Part shown: in pieces, positions 23,385 to 32,000 of the stretch
Position numbering within the stretch: position 1 is the first letter of the stretch
Layout of the letters: every line of letters starts with the position of its first letter
Assembly: GCF_000092105.1 (NCBI RefSeq)
Contig: NC_014148.1
Location: 840,001-872,000, forward strand
Reading direction: 5' to 3'
DNA: 32,000 nt
Source of the DNA: Planctopirus limnophila DSM 3776
Lineage (GTDB): Bacteria; Planctomycetota; Planctomycetia; Planctomycetales; Planctomycetaceae
The notes under the pieces: model-generated
What the model was told of the DNA's origin: nothing
Database searches by the model: none
Seen by the model: the letters and a program-made list of their open reading frames with translations, nothing else
Made by a program: the position numbers and the translations under genes

Positions 23385-24398
23385 GTGAGACCTGGCATGC
23401 CAAACGCCCCGATCTATTTTTGGCGCACTTCTGCAGGATTGATGGTTTTCCTATTGATGGTAGGGTTCCTGGCACAGGACAGCATTGCCGTGGCTGCGGA
23501 AGCACCTGTTTCACCTCAGCAAGCGACGTTATCCAGCACTGATCGACTGGTGTGGATTGGCCCGACATGGGTCGAGCAGGATGTGCGAACAGGTGCCATG
23601 GAAGCCGAACTCCAGAGCCGCCTGGGAGGTGAGACGTTTGTACTCAGGAATCTCGGCTGGAGTGGTGATACGGTTTGGGCGGAGAGCCGGGGGATTTTTG
23701 ACCCGCCAGCAGCTGGTTATTCGCGAATGCTGGAGTTGGCCAAAGAGCTGAAGCCCACCACGATCTGGCTCAGCTATGGGGCGAATGAGTCCTGGGCCGG
23801 GCCGGCTGGTCTGGAAAAATTTGTCAGCCAGTACAAAAAGCTGGCCCACGATTTCACATCCAGCACAGGGGCAAAAATCGTTTTTGTAACGCCATTTGCG
23901 TTTGTTCATTCGCGTGGGCAATACCGTGATCCTTCTTCGCAGAATGGGAACATGGCGTTGTATGTTGAAGCCATCCGCAAGCTGGCAGCCGAGCAGCAGG
24001 CTCCGGTGATTGATTTATTTGCCGAAGTAAAGGGGGAACCGCCCCTGGAATCGATGAACGGAATTCATCTGGAACCGGAAGGTGAGCGTCGATTGGCCCG
24101 TCGGCTGGCAGATCAGATTCAATTTGTTAATGCAGAGGGCCAGGCTGTCAAAGGGTTGAAGCTGACACAGGCCGAACAGGAAGAGCTTCGCAAAGCCATC
24201 GTGGCGAAGAATACGCTCTTTTTTCATCGCTGGCGGCCACAGAACATTACCTACCTGACCGGCTTTCGTAAGCATGAACAGGGGAATAACGCCGTTGAGA
24301 TTGCCCAGTTCGATCCACTGGTCGATGAAGCCGAAAAGGCAATTGCTGCCTGGCTGAAAAGTCATCAGGCGAAAGCCATAACGCCTGCGACCAACTGA
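23385..24398 (+). CDS. Secreted SGNH/GDSL-hydrolase-like protein with atypical catalytic blocks
   Basis: Signal-like N-terminus. Block II LRNLGWSGDT and block III SYGANES are recognisable. Block I reads WIGPTWVE rather than GDS, and block V reads NGIHLEPEG rather than DxxH. The start is GTG 23385 or ATG 23397. Confidence 0.5.
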   Translation: MRPGMPNAPIYFWRTSAGLMVFLLMVGFLAQDSIAVAAEAPVSPQQATLSSTDRLVWIGPTWVEQDVRTGAMEAELQSRLGGETFVLRNLGWSGDTVWAESRGIFDPPAAGYSRMLELAKELKPTTIWLSYGANESWAGPAGLEKFVSQYKKLAHDFTSSTGAKIVFVTPFAFVHSRGQYRDPSSQNGNMALYVEAIRKLAAEQQAPVIDLFAEVKGEPPLESMNGIHLEPEGERRLARRLADQIQFVNAEGQAVKGLKLTQAEQEELRKAIVAKNTLFFHRWRPQNITYLTGFRKHEQGNNAVEIAQFDPLVDEAEKAIAAWLKSHQAKAITPATN

Positions 24399-24416
24399 TT
24401 TCTCGAATAGAGCGTA

Positions 24417-24448
24417 CTCAATACAGAGCCTACTGAAACTGTATTGAG
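24417..24448 (+). terminator. Hairpin after the SGNH-like gene (possible terminator, no U-tract)
   Basis: 10-bp perfect stem CTCAATACAG (24417-24426) / CTGTATTGAG (24439-24448) with a 12-nt loop, 19 nt after the stop. It is followed by CCCCTCGTT rather than a T run. Confidence 0.35.
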
Positions 24449-24529
24449 CCCCTCGTTAATCCTGACGGGCTGGTTTCCCCGGCCTGCTCTCTATGTAATG
24501 AACTTCCTGATTCAACAGGGTGATTTTCT

Positions 24530-27500
24530 ATGTCTTCTTCGTGTCATCGAGATCAGTTCCCCAGCCTGCGGCTGCTGCTTCTGGCCATGTTCGCTCTCTT
24601 GAGTTGGGGTAATGAAGGGTTCGCCCAGCGCGACCTGAAGAACATTCCGGTTCCTGATCCGGCTGAAGAACTCAAATCGCTGGAAGTGGCCGACGGGTTT
24701 GAGATCAATCTGTTTGCTGCTGATCCGCTGATCCACAAGCCAATTCAAATGAACTTCGATGCTCAGGGAAGGTTATGGGTGGCGGCATCGGAGATCTATC
24801 CGCAGATCGAACCTGGCAAAGTGGCCAACGATAAGATTCTCGTACTTGAAGATACGAACGGTGATGGTCAGGCCGACAAGACAACAGTGTTTGCCGACGG
24901 GCTGTTGATTCCCACAGCTGTCATCCCCGGAGATGGCGGCTCCTATGTGGCCAACAGTACCGAACTCGTGCACTTCAAAGATACCAATGGGGATGGCAAA
25001 GCTGATGAATCCCGAGTGATCCTGTCAGGATTTGGAACAGAAGATACCCACCATATTCTGCATACCTTCCGCTGGGGGTTTGATGGGCTGCTCTATATGA
25101 ATCAGTCGATTTATATTCACAGCCATATTGAGACACCCTTTGGAGTGCGGCGGCTGAATGCGGGTGGGATCTGGCAGTATCGTCCTCCGACGGGACAACT
25201 CGAAGTCTTTGCGCGAGGATGGGTGAATACCTGGGGACATCACTTTGATCGATATGGGCAGTCGTTTGCGACAGACGGTGCGGGTGGTGAAGGGATTAAC
25301 TTTGTGGTGCCTGGGGCTTCGTATCCGACGGCGGCGAACAGCCCGCGAATTCTCCATGGCCTGAATCCCGGAAGCCCCAAACATTGTGGACTGGAAGTGG
25401 TGGATGGTCGGCATCTGCCTGATGACTGGCAGGGTGACTTGATCACCAACGATTTTCGCGGCCATCGCGTCTGTCGGTTTAAACTGACACCGGAAGGGAC
25501 AGGGTACGTTTCCAAGCCTATGCCCGATCTCGTTCGCACCAATCACGTCGCTTTCCGACCAATCGATATCAAGCAGGGGCCTGACGGGGCCATTTACATT
25601 GCCGACTGGTACAATCCGATCATTCAGCATGGTGAAGTCGATTTTCGCGATCCCCGTCGCGATCACACACATGGCCGCATCTGGCGCGTGACGGCTAAGG
25701 GGCGTCCACTGGTGAAAACTCCTGCTCTGCAAAGTCTATCGACTGCAGAACTCGTGGCATTGCTGACAGCTCCGGAGCAGTTTACCCGCCAGCAGGCCAA
25801 ACTCGTCTTGCGCGAAAGACCCCAAAGCGAGGTGATCTCTACGCTGGAAAAGCACGCAGCCAGTCTGTCGGCCGACGATCCCCTAAAGAATGACTGGCTA
25901 CTGGAATCGTTGTGGGTGAGAGTCGCCCATGAAGCCCCAGACTTTAAGACCTGCGAAGTACTGCTGAATTCCAGCGACTATCGCCTTCGTGCCGCGACAG
26001 TGCGTGTGCTGGGCCATTGGCAGAAGGATTTGAATTCCGAATCGCCAGTGATGGTCAAATTGCTGCAACTGGCGAAAGACCCACATTCGCAAGTGAGAAT
26101 GGAAGTGGTGCGGACACTTTCCGCCTTAGGAACGGCCGATGCGGCACGAGCCGTATTGAATGTCGCTGCAGAGCCCATGGATGAGTTTCTGGAGTATGCC
26201 GTATGGCTTTCGGCCAATGAGCTGGCGCCTGTCTGGCATGCGGCTGTTCTCCAGGGAAAGTGGTCTCCCGGAGATCAAGCGACATCACCCGCTACGTCAA
26301 AGAGTTCGATTGAACCTTGGTTGTATGGCATCAAGGCGACCAAAGCTGTGCAGCTCATTCCGGTGCTTGTGCAATGGCTGCAGGCTGGAAAGATCCCTGA
26401 AGCTGAGATTGCCTCGACGATGGAGATTATTGGGAGTCTCGGTGGCCCTCCTCAACTAAGCCTCGTTTTAAATGCCGCAATCGATCAGACGACTCAGGCC
26501 ACCCAGCGATCCATACTTTTGGAAGCTCTCGCGGGAGCAAAGAAGTCGCGGGATATTCAGCCTGCTGGAAATCTGGAAAAGATCGCTCCTTTCGTTCAGT
26601 CAAAAGAGTTGCGTGAGCAGTTTGTGGCCGTGGAACTGGCCGGGTTGTGGAAGCAGGCCCAATTAGCGGGCGAAATTCGCCAGTTGGCAAGTGATCGAAA
26701 TCGGGATGTCAGCCTGCGCGTGGCGGCAGTTCAGACGCTCGCGAAATTGGGAGGAGCAGAGAACCAGACACTTCTGGAGCAGCTTTCAAAGCCTTCCGAG
26801 AAGGTGGCCAATGCTCCGGATGTCAATGAGGCCGATGGAGTGCGGCTGGCAGCGATTCGCGGGCTGATGGTCTCAGCCAGCGAAGCGTCGTCTCAGGCAG
26901 CGGCTCTCTGGTTGGCCGAAGGGCCAGCACCTGATGTCGTAAGTGAACTGCTGCAGACATTCCTGCGGGAAAAGGGTGGTGCCGTGCTGTTGGCCAAAAG
27001 TCTGGTCACGGTGAAACTCAGCGAAGATACCGCCAAGCTCGCGTTGCGTTCAGTCACAGGCTCGGGCCGGGAAGAACCTCAGCTTCAAGCGGCATTGCGA
27101 GAATCTGGCCATCTGGGAAGCGGCCCGAAGGTTTGGTCAACGGAGGAGTTGGAGAGCATTCTCAAAAAGGTCTCGACCGAAGGGAATGCCGCCCGAGGCG
27201 AGCAAGTCTTCCGCCGGGCCGAACTGGCTTGCATGAAGTGCCACGCGATTGGTGGTGCCGGAGGAGCTGTGGGGCCCGATCTGGTGAGTATTGGTGCCAG
27301 TGCCCAGCTCGATTATCTGCTCGACTCGATGGTCACTCCGAATAAGCAGGTCAAGGAGAATTACAACACTGTGATTCTGGCATTGGCGGATGGTCGCGTT
27401 CAAAGCGGGATTGTCACTCGCAAATCAGCCAGTGAGATCGTGCTGCGGGATGCCAACGATGTTGAAGTTGTTGTGCCAGTCAAAGAGATTGAAGAGCAGA

Positions 27501-28075
27501 GTGCCGGGACTTCGCTAATGCCGGCTGGTCTGGCGGATGGTTTGACTCAAACGGAACTGGCCGACTTGATCACCTTCCTTTCACAACTGGGAAAGATCGG
27601 GCCCTATGCTCCCCCTTCCGGAAAGTATGCGATGCGCTGGGAAGTCCTGGTGCCGACAGATCCGGCCTGGACGAAGCTGTATCGCACTTCGGATACCGAG
27701 TTATTGCGACAAGGACAGGGCCTGGAATGGAAGACTGCCTACAGTCAGGTGGATGGAGCCTTGCCACTGGCTGACCTGCCCGCCTTCCGTACACGCGACC
27801 GACTGGCAGAAAAGGCCCGGCAGGTGATGTTCCTCAAGACGACCGCCACAGTGACAACCGCTGGGGAAGTGGTCTTGAGCCTCAATGATTCCGAAGGGGT
27901 CGAGATCTGGATTGATGGCGAGTCGATACCTCAAGGGCAGATTGTTCGCAAATCGTTAGGTGCCGGCAATCATGTCATCCATCTGGCAATTGATCTGCAG
28001 AAAAGAACGAACGAAGTGCAGTTAGAACTCGCGGCAGAGAAGGGGGCCCAGGCGAAATGGCAGATTAAGCCATAA
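24530..28075 (+). CDS. Giant secreted PVC-type protein: membrane-bound-dehydrogenase-like beta-propeller domain + HEAT repeats + c-type heme-binding domain
   Basis: Signal peptide. N-terminal LEVADGFEINLFAADPLIHKPIQMNFDAQGRLWVA, NGDGQADK/NGDGKADE and GPDGAIYIADWYN are typical of the Pirellula/Verrucomicrobium dehydrogenase-domain family. The central part is HEAT-like helical repeats. The single heme motif CMKCH at 27230-27244 sits in FRRAELACMKCHAIGGAGGAVGPDL. Confidence 0.8.
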   Translation: MSSSCHRDQFPSLRLLLLAMFALLSWGNEGFAQRDLKNIPVPDPAEELKSLEVADGFEINLFAADPLIHKPIQMNFDAQGRLWVAASEIYPQIEPGKVANDKILVLEDTNGDGQADKTTVFADGLLIPTAVIPGDGGSYVANSTELVHFKDTNGDGKADESRVILSGFGTEDTHHILHTFRWGFDGLLYMNQSIYIHSHIETPFGVRRLNAGGIWQYRPPTGQLEVFARGWVNTWGHHFDRYGQSFATDGAGGEGINFVVPGASYPTAANSPRILHGLNPGSPKHCGLEVVDGRHLPDDWQGDLITNDFRGHRVCRFKLTPEGTGYVSKPMPDLVRTNHVAFRPIDIKQGPDGAIYIADWYNPIIQHGEVDFRDPRRDHTHGRIWRVTAKGRPLVKTPALQSLSTAELVALLTAPEQFTRQQAKLVLRERPQSEVISTLEKHAASLSADDPLKNDWLLESLWVRVAHEAPDFKTCEVLLNSSDYRLRAATVRVLGHWQKDLNSESPVMVKLLQLAKDPHSQVRMEVVRTLSALGTADAARAVLNVAAEPMDEFLEYAVWLSANELAPVWHAAVLQGKWSPGDQATSPATSKSSIEPWLYGIKATKAVQLIPVLVQWLQAGKIPEAEIASTMEIIGSLGGPPQLSLVLNAAIDQTTQATQRSILLEALAGAKKSRDIQPAGNLEKIAPFVQSKELREQFVAVELAGLWKQAQLAGEIRQLASDRNRDVSLRVAAVQTLAKLGGAENQTLLEQLSKPSEKVANAPDVNEADGVRLAAIRGLMVSASEASSQAAALWLAEGPAPDVVSELLQTFLREKGGAVLLAKSLVTVKLSEDTAKLALRSVTGSGREEPQLQAALRESGHLGSGPKVWSTEELESILKKVSTEGNAARGEQVFRRAELACMKCHAIGGAGGAVGPDLVSIGASAQLDYLLDSMVTPNKQVKENYNTVILALADGRVQSGIVTRKSASEIVLRDANDVEVVVPVKEIEEQSAGTSLMPAGLADGLTQTELADLITFLSQLGKIGPYAPPSGKYAMRWEVLVPTDPAWTKLYRTSDTELLRQGQGLEWKTAYSQVDGALPLADLPAFRTRDRLAEKARQVMFLKTTATVTTAGEVVLSLNDSEGVEIWIDGESIPQGQIVRKSLGAGNHVIHLAIDLQKRTNEVQLELAAEKGAQAKWQIKP

Positions 28076-28119
28076 ATCGTCATCAGTGAGCCCTTGATGT
28101 CTGGAGTCGATATCAAATG

Positions 28120-28160
28120 CGACTTGAAAGCCAACCACTTCAAGTCGTATTTGAATTTCT
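28120..28160 (+). terminator. Probable intrinsic terminator of the giant heme-protein gene
   Basis: 9-bp stem CGACTTGAA (28120-28128) / TTCAAGTCG (28139-28147) with a 10-nt loop, followed by the interrupted T tract TATTTGAATTTCT. Confidence 0.4.
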
Positions 28161-28231
28161 GGGTTGATATCGCTGGTGCTAAAACGCACCAATTATACCG
28201 ATTCCCGTATTCAACTGCGCTCTTTGGTATG

Positions 28232-28315
28232 GGGTAGCTGGGGTTGAGCGACTTCGCGAACCCCCAGTTCGTGCCGAAAATCGCTGGGGGTTCGAAGACT
28301 CAACCCCAGCCACCC
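28232..28315. repeat. 84-nt GC-rich imperfect palindrome (long compound hairpin) between convergent genes
   Basis: The outer stem pairs 28232-28248 with 28299-28315 (17 bp, one A/C mismatch). The inner stem pairs 28257-28267 with 28284-28294 (11 bp, perfect). There is an asymmetric internal loop and a 16-nt apical loop. All pairs were checked base by base. Confidence 0.6.
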
Positions 28316-28368
28316 GCCGCAGTTATTTTTTGGAATCCGTATTAAAGCGACCATCGCGAATCGTTTAA

Positions 28369-28956
28369 TCACTTCGAATGACTATGGTCACCACCTTCAT
28401 GATCATGCCCATGATCATGGCTGTGTGCGAGCTTACCACTAAAGGGCTTGCCATCGACCGTCACGACCAGTTTGGCAGAGACTCCGTGCGCATCCAGCTT
28501 TTCGCAGAGCACTTTATCCTGTGATACAAATTTCGACGATTTTCCTGCTGGATCATTCGTATCTGGCGTCGCGGGCAGTTTAAATTGTTCGGCTTTTCCC
28601 TCCAGTGACACATTGACAATGACATCGGTCGCTTCAATCGGGACGCTGTTTTTTGCACTTCCATCGAGTAGATAGATTGTGACGGTTCCCGCCTCGTCGT
28701 CGTGTACGACTTCCGCATGGTATTCATCATTACCTAATTCCACGAGTTGCCCATGATGCGGCCCTTCTGCCGAATGAGCATGCCCGTGATCGTCATGGGG
28801 CTTCGCAGGGGTAGCGGAAGTTGTGGTTTGTTTCGCAGAGCTTGGCTCTCCTCCACAACCTGCCATTAAACTCCCGGCGAGGCCCAGTCCAGCCAGGCAA
28901 ATCACCGGAATGAACCGTCCTGCCAAACGATGATGAACACAAGTTGTCGTAAGCAT
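28369..28956 (-). CDS. His-rich periplasmic lipoprotein downstream of the RND pump (putative metal-binding protein)
   Basis: ATG 28956 has AAGGATGG about 8 nt upstream. Lipobox LMAGC. An N-terminal His cluster (HDDHGHAHSAEGPHH) and a C-terminal tail (HSHDHGHDHEGGDHSHS, 7 His in 17 aa) flank a beta-rich core. Same strand as the CusA/CzcA-type gene and 111 nt downstream of it. Confidence 0.65.
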   Translation of the reverse strand: MLTTTCVHHRLAGRFIPVICLAGLGLAGSLMAGCGGEPSSAKQTTTSATPAKPHDDHGHAHSAEGPHHGQLVELGNDEYHAEVVHDDEAGTVTIYLLDGSAKNSVPIEATDVIVNVSLEGKAEQFKLPATPDTNDPAGKSSKFVSQDKVLCEKLDAHGVSAKLVVTVDGKPFSGKLAHSHDHGHDHEGGDHSHSK

Positions 28957-29067
28957 GTTTTTCCATCCTTGAGTCGGTAGCAAACTATAAACAGCGTCTT
29001 GTTAAAGGCAGTATTCTGCGATTGTGCCAGCACTCGCTGAGACAACCGCCTCCAGAGATAGCCGTGG

Positions 29068-32000
29068 CTATCTGTCATCCACTGATGATCCTGAAATGAC
29101 AGAGTCTTCCTTAACGTGAAAAGTTGCCAACTCGTCATGTTCTATTAAAGGGATCTCTGTATCTGTCTGACTGACGACCCGTGCAGCCGATCTCAAGCCA
29201 AACAGCCAGAACAAAGCCGGGTGGACAAAGAAGTCGAGCATCGTCGAACTGATGACCCCTCCCAGGATCACTGTCGCGACCGGATAAAGGATTTCTTTCC
29301 CCGGTTCATCGGCTGCCAGCACCAATGGCACCAGGCCAATTCCCGCCGTCAGTGCCGTCATCAACACAGGTGCCAGCCGCTCGAGACCGGCACGCACAAT
29401 CATCTCTTTCGTCCAGCCTTCACCCTCATAACGGACGAGATGGAGATAATGATTCAGCAGTAGAATTCCATTTCGTGAAGCAATCCCTGTCAGCGAGATA
29501 AAGCCCACCATGGCAGCGATTGTCAGTGTCTGCCCGGTCATCACTAGTGCCACCACTGAACCGATAAATGCCATGGGTAAAGCCGTCATCACCTGGAGTG
29601 ATAAATTGACAGAGCGAAACATCGAATAGAGCGCTAGAAAGACTCCCATCAGCGAAATACCAAAGAGGAGAGCAATCATCCGACTGGCCGACTGCTGACT
29701 CTCAAACTGCCCGCTGTACTCCACGAAATAGCCTTCCGGGAGGCTGGCGATCACTGGTTCGATTTTCTTTTGAATGTCCTGCACCACATCGACGACGCCC
29801 CGCTCAGAGACATTGCATTGTAAGACAACCCTGCGGCGCACATTTTCTCGGTTCACCGTATTGGGCCCGCCTGATTGATAGATCTTCGCCACCGCTTCCA
29901 AAGGCACCTGTCCACCTTCAGGCAGATCAATGGTCAGCCTTTTCAGTGCTTCCAGATTCTCTCTGGCACCGTCATTCAAACGGACAAGTAGATCGAATTG
30001 ACGCTGCCCCATCAGCACCTCAGAGACCACTTCTCCATTCATCGCTGTCGCTATGAATTCATTGATCTCACTCACAGAGAGCCCGTTGAGCAGCAATTTG
30101 TCGCGATCCACCTCGATCCTCAATTGAGGGATCATCACTTGTGGTTCAAGGAGTGGATCTTTCACTCCGGGAATCCCTTTCATGACTGAGAGCATCTCTT
30201 CGGCCTTACGCCGCAGCACATCGAGATCGTCACCATAAATTTTGATACCAACCTGGGCCTTCACTCCCGAGATCATGTGCGATATCAGATGAGCAATCGG
30301 CTGCTCCACGGCGGTCACAATTCCCGGAATATCCGCCATCGCTTCGCGAATTTCGTTGAGCGATTCTTCCCGACTGCGTGATGATTGAGGGTCGAGTTCT
30401 ATGAGATATTCACTCATGTTGACGCCCTCGGCATGTTCATCGAGTTCAGCTCGCCCAGTGCGGCGGGCAAAAGAGTCAATCTCTGCGACCGCCTGTAATC
30501 GCTCTTCAACTTTACGATTGATCTCGTTCGAGGTCGCCAGCGAAGTTCCCGGCGGCAAGACCACATTGAGCTGAATGGTCCCTTCGTTAAATGGAGGCAG
30601 AAAATCCTTCTCCAGATGAGCCACAAAGACTCCGGCAATCACCACCATGACCATCGTCACCGTGAGGTTCAGCCGTGGAAATGTCAGACTGAAGCGAATG
30701 ATCTTCTCGGCGACGCATTTGAGACCTCTCAATACAAAACTGTCCTGCCCGTGTTCCATCAATCGGGCATTCCCTAACAGCCAGTAAGAGAGCACGGGGG
30801 TCACAGTTAGGGAAACCAGTAGCGATGCCATAATCGACACGATGTACGCCACACCCAGGGGCGTAAACAGCTTCCCTTCCATCCCCGTGAGAGCAAACAG
30901 CGGCACAAACACCAGGCAGACAATGATCGTCGCGAACACGACCGAGTTGCGAACTTCTGTGCTGGCCTGATAAACCACCAGCAATGCCGGCTTGGGATGC
31001 GCTGCCTGCCGATTCTCTTTCAACCGGCGGAAGATATTCTCGACATCGACAATCGCATCGTCGACGAGTTCACCAATGGCAATTGCCAATCCTCCCAGCG
31101 TCATCGTGTTGATCGATAAGCCAAAAATCGAAAAGACCACTGCCGTCAAGGCGAGTGATAAGGGGATTGCGGTAAATGTGATGAAGGTCGTGCGGAAATT
31201 CATCAGAAAGAGGAACAGAATGATGACGACTAGAATGCCCCCGTCGCGCAGGGCTTCCATCACATTCTCGATCGCTCGGTCGATAAAATCCTTTTGTGAA
31301 TAGGTCGGCTGAATACGAATATCAGAGGGCAATCCCGCTTTGAGTTCTTCGACAGCCTTAAGAATGTTTTCTGTAATGAGGCGAGTATCTGCGCCCGGTT
31401 GTTTATTGATGGTCAGGATGACTGCCGGCCCTCCGGAAAATTTGAACTGCTCTGCTTTTGCAGCAGATTCATCGGGAGTGGTCGTAGCCAATTCATCTTT
31501 CAGACGCACAAAGACACTGCTGTCCCCCCGCTTGACTTGCGGCCCTTCCATCACCTGGGCAACTTGCGCTAAAGCCACCGGCCGGCCATCGCGTACCGTG
31601 ACCACCACCTTTTGCAGATCCTCGAGTGATTGAATCCGCCCCAGCGCTCGCACTAGCAATTCATTGGGCCCCTGCTGGTCGAGATAACCCCCCGTCGCAT
31701 TTTGATTACTGTCAACAACTGCCTGTTTGACCTGTTGTAATGTCACTCCGTATTGCAGCAGTGCGTCGGGATCGACCAGCACTTGAAACTGCTTCCTGCC
31801 ACCACCCATCGTGAAGACTTGCGAAACTCCCGGGACAGTTAACAGACGCTGACGCACCACCCAGTCGGCCAGCGTTCGCAGTTCGACAGGATTGGTTTTG
31901 CCATCTTCGCTCCACATCCCCAGCATGAGGATCTGTCCCATGATGGAAGAAATCGGTGCCAGAGTGGGCACGACTCCCGCAGGCATACGGTCCTGCACCA
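29068..32000 (-). CDS. Heavy-metal-efflux type RND inner-membrane transporter, CusA/CzcA family (N-terminus beyond the window)
   Basis: 976 codons are open to the window edge. They show the typical RND organisation: AIGELVDDAIVDVENIFRRL, two large periplasmic loops and 12-TM-type hydrophobic blocks. The metal specificity cannot be assigned from the sequence alone. Confidence 0.9.
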   Translation of the reverse strand, partial: VQDRMPAGVVPTLAPISSIMGQILMLGMWSEDGKTNPVELRTLADWVVRQRLLTVPGVSQVFTMGGGRKQFQVLVDPDALLQYGVTLQQVKQAVVDSNQNATGGYLDQQGPNELLVRALGRIQSLEDLQKVVVTVRDGRPVALAQVAQVMEGPQVKRGDSSVFVRLKDELATTTPDESAAKAEQFKFSGGPAVILTINKQPGADTRLITENILKAVEELKAGLPSDIRIQPTYSQKDFIDRAIENVMEALRDGGILVVIILFLFLMNFRTTFITFTAIPLSLALTAVVFSIFGLSINTMTLGGLAIAIGELVDDAIVDVENIFRRLKENRQAAHPKPALLVVYQASTEVRNSVVFATIIVCLVFVPLFALTGMEGKLFTPLGVAYIVSIMASLLVSLTVTPVLSYWLLGNARLMEHGQDSFVLRGLKCVAEKIIRFSLTFPRLNLTVTMVMVVIAGVFVAHLEKDFLPPFNEGTIQLNVVLPPGTSLATSNEINRKVEERLQAVAEIDSFARRTGRAELDEHAEGVNMSEYLIELDPQSSRSREESLNEIREAMADIPGIVTAVEQPIAHLISHMISGVKAQVGIKIYGDDLDVLRRKAEEMLSVMKGIPGVKDPLLEPQVMIPQLRIEVDRDKLLLNGLSVSEINEFIATAMNGEVVSEVLMGQRQFDLLVRLNDGARENLEALKRLTIDLPEGGQVPLEAVAKIYQSGGPNTVNRENVRRRVVLQCNVSERGVVDVVQDIQKKIEPVIASLPEGYFVEYSGQFESQQSASRMIALLFGISLMGVFLALYSMFRSVNLSLQVMTALPMAFIGSVVALVMTGQTLTIAAMVGFISLTGIASRNGILLLNHYLHLVRYEGEGWTKEMIVRAGLERLAPVLMTALTAGIGLVPLVLAADEPGKEILYPVATVILGGVISSTMLDFFVHPALFWLFGLRSAARVVSQTDTEIPLIEHDELATFHVKEDSVISGSSVDDR

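Noticed and set aside
23055-24500. tRNA-Phe as an integration hotspot or genomic-island boundary
   Set aside because: There is no integrase. I saw no direct repeat of the tRNA 3' end downstream, and the flanking genes look like ordinary chromosomal genes.

Overview
The gene content suggests a chromosomal segment from a Planctomycetota-type genome. This is an inference from a Cys-type sulfatase, a giant PVC-type dehydrogenase-domain/HEAT/CxxCH heme protein, a GlmU-like LbH protein and many secreted repeat proteins. I can support 22 protein-coding genes (two cut by the window edges), one tRNA-Phe(GAA), several intrinsic terminators or hairpins, and in-frame tandem repeats. I saw no CRISPR array, IS element, integrase or rRNA. 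Gene order: gap (partial), rpe, a degenerate histidine-phosphatase-fold protein, accD, sulfatase, DUF2892-like membrane protein, GlmU-like nucleotidyltransferase/LbH protein, secreted NTF2-like protein, a secreted RP-repeat/Trp-rich protein, a TMTC-like GT-C membrane protein with C-terminal TPRs, two SAM methyltransferases, a GT4-type and a GT2-type glycosyltransferase, a secreted Sel1-repeat protein, an S41 protease, a CbpA-type J-protein coupled to a membrane protein, tRNA-Phe, an SGNH-like protein, the giant heme protein, a His-rich lipoprotein and a CusA/CzcA-type RND pump (partial). The best candidate for an undescribed system is at 8.7-17.1 kb. There, a lipid-linked glycosylation toolkit (polyprenyl-phosphate-sugar-synthase-like GT2, TMTC-like GT-C/TPR transferase, GT4, two methyltransferases) sits tail-to-tail with a secreted Pro/Ser/Thr-rich repeat protein that looks like its substrate. 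That protein is unusual in its own right: about 55 RP dipeptides in 7-, 5- and 6-residue periodic arrays, 12 D/ERPGIG units that differ only at synonymous sites, and a Trp-rich block with four WxxW motifs. All functional calls come from motif recognition by eye; no database search was run.
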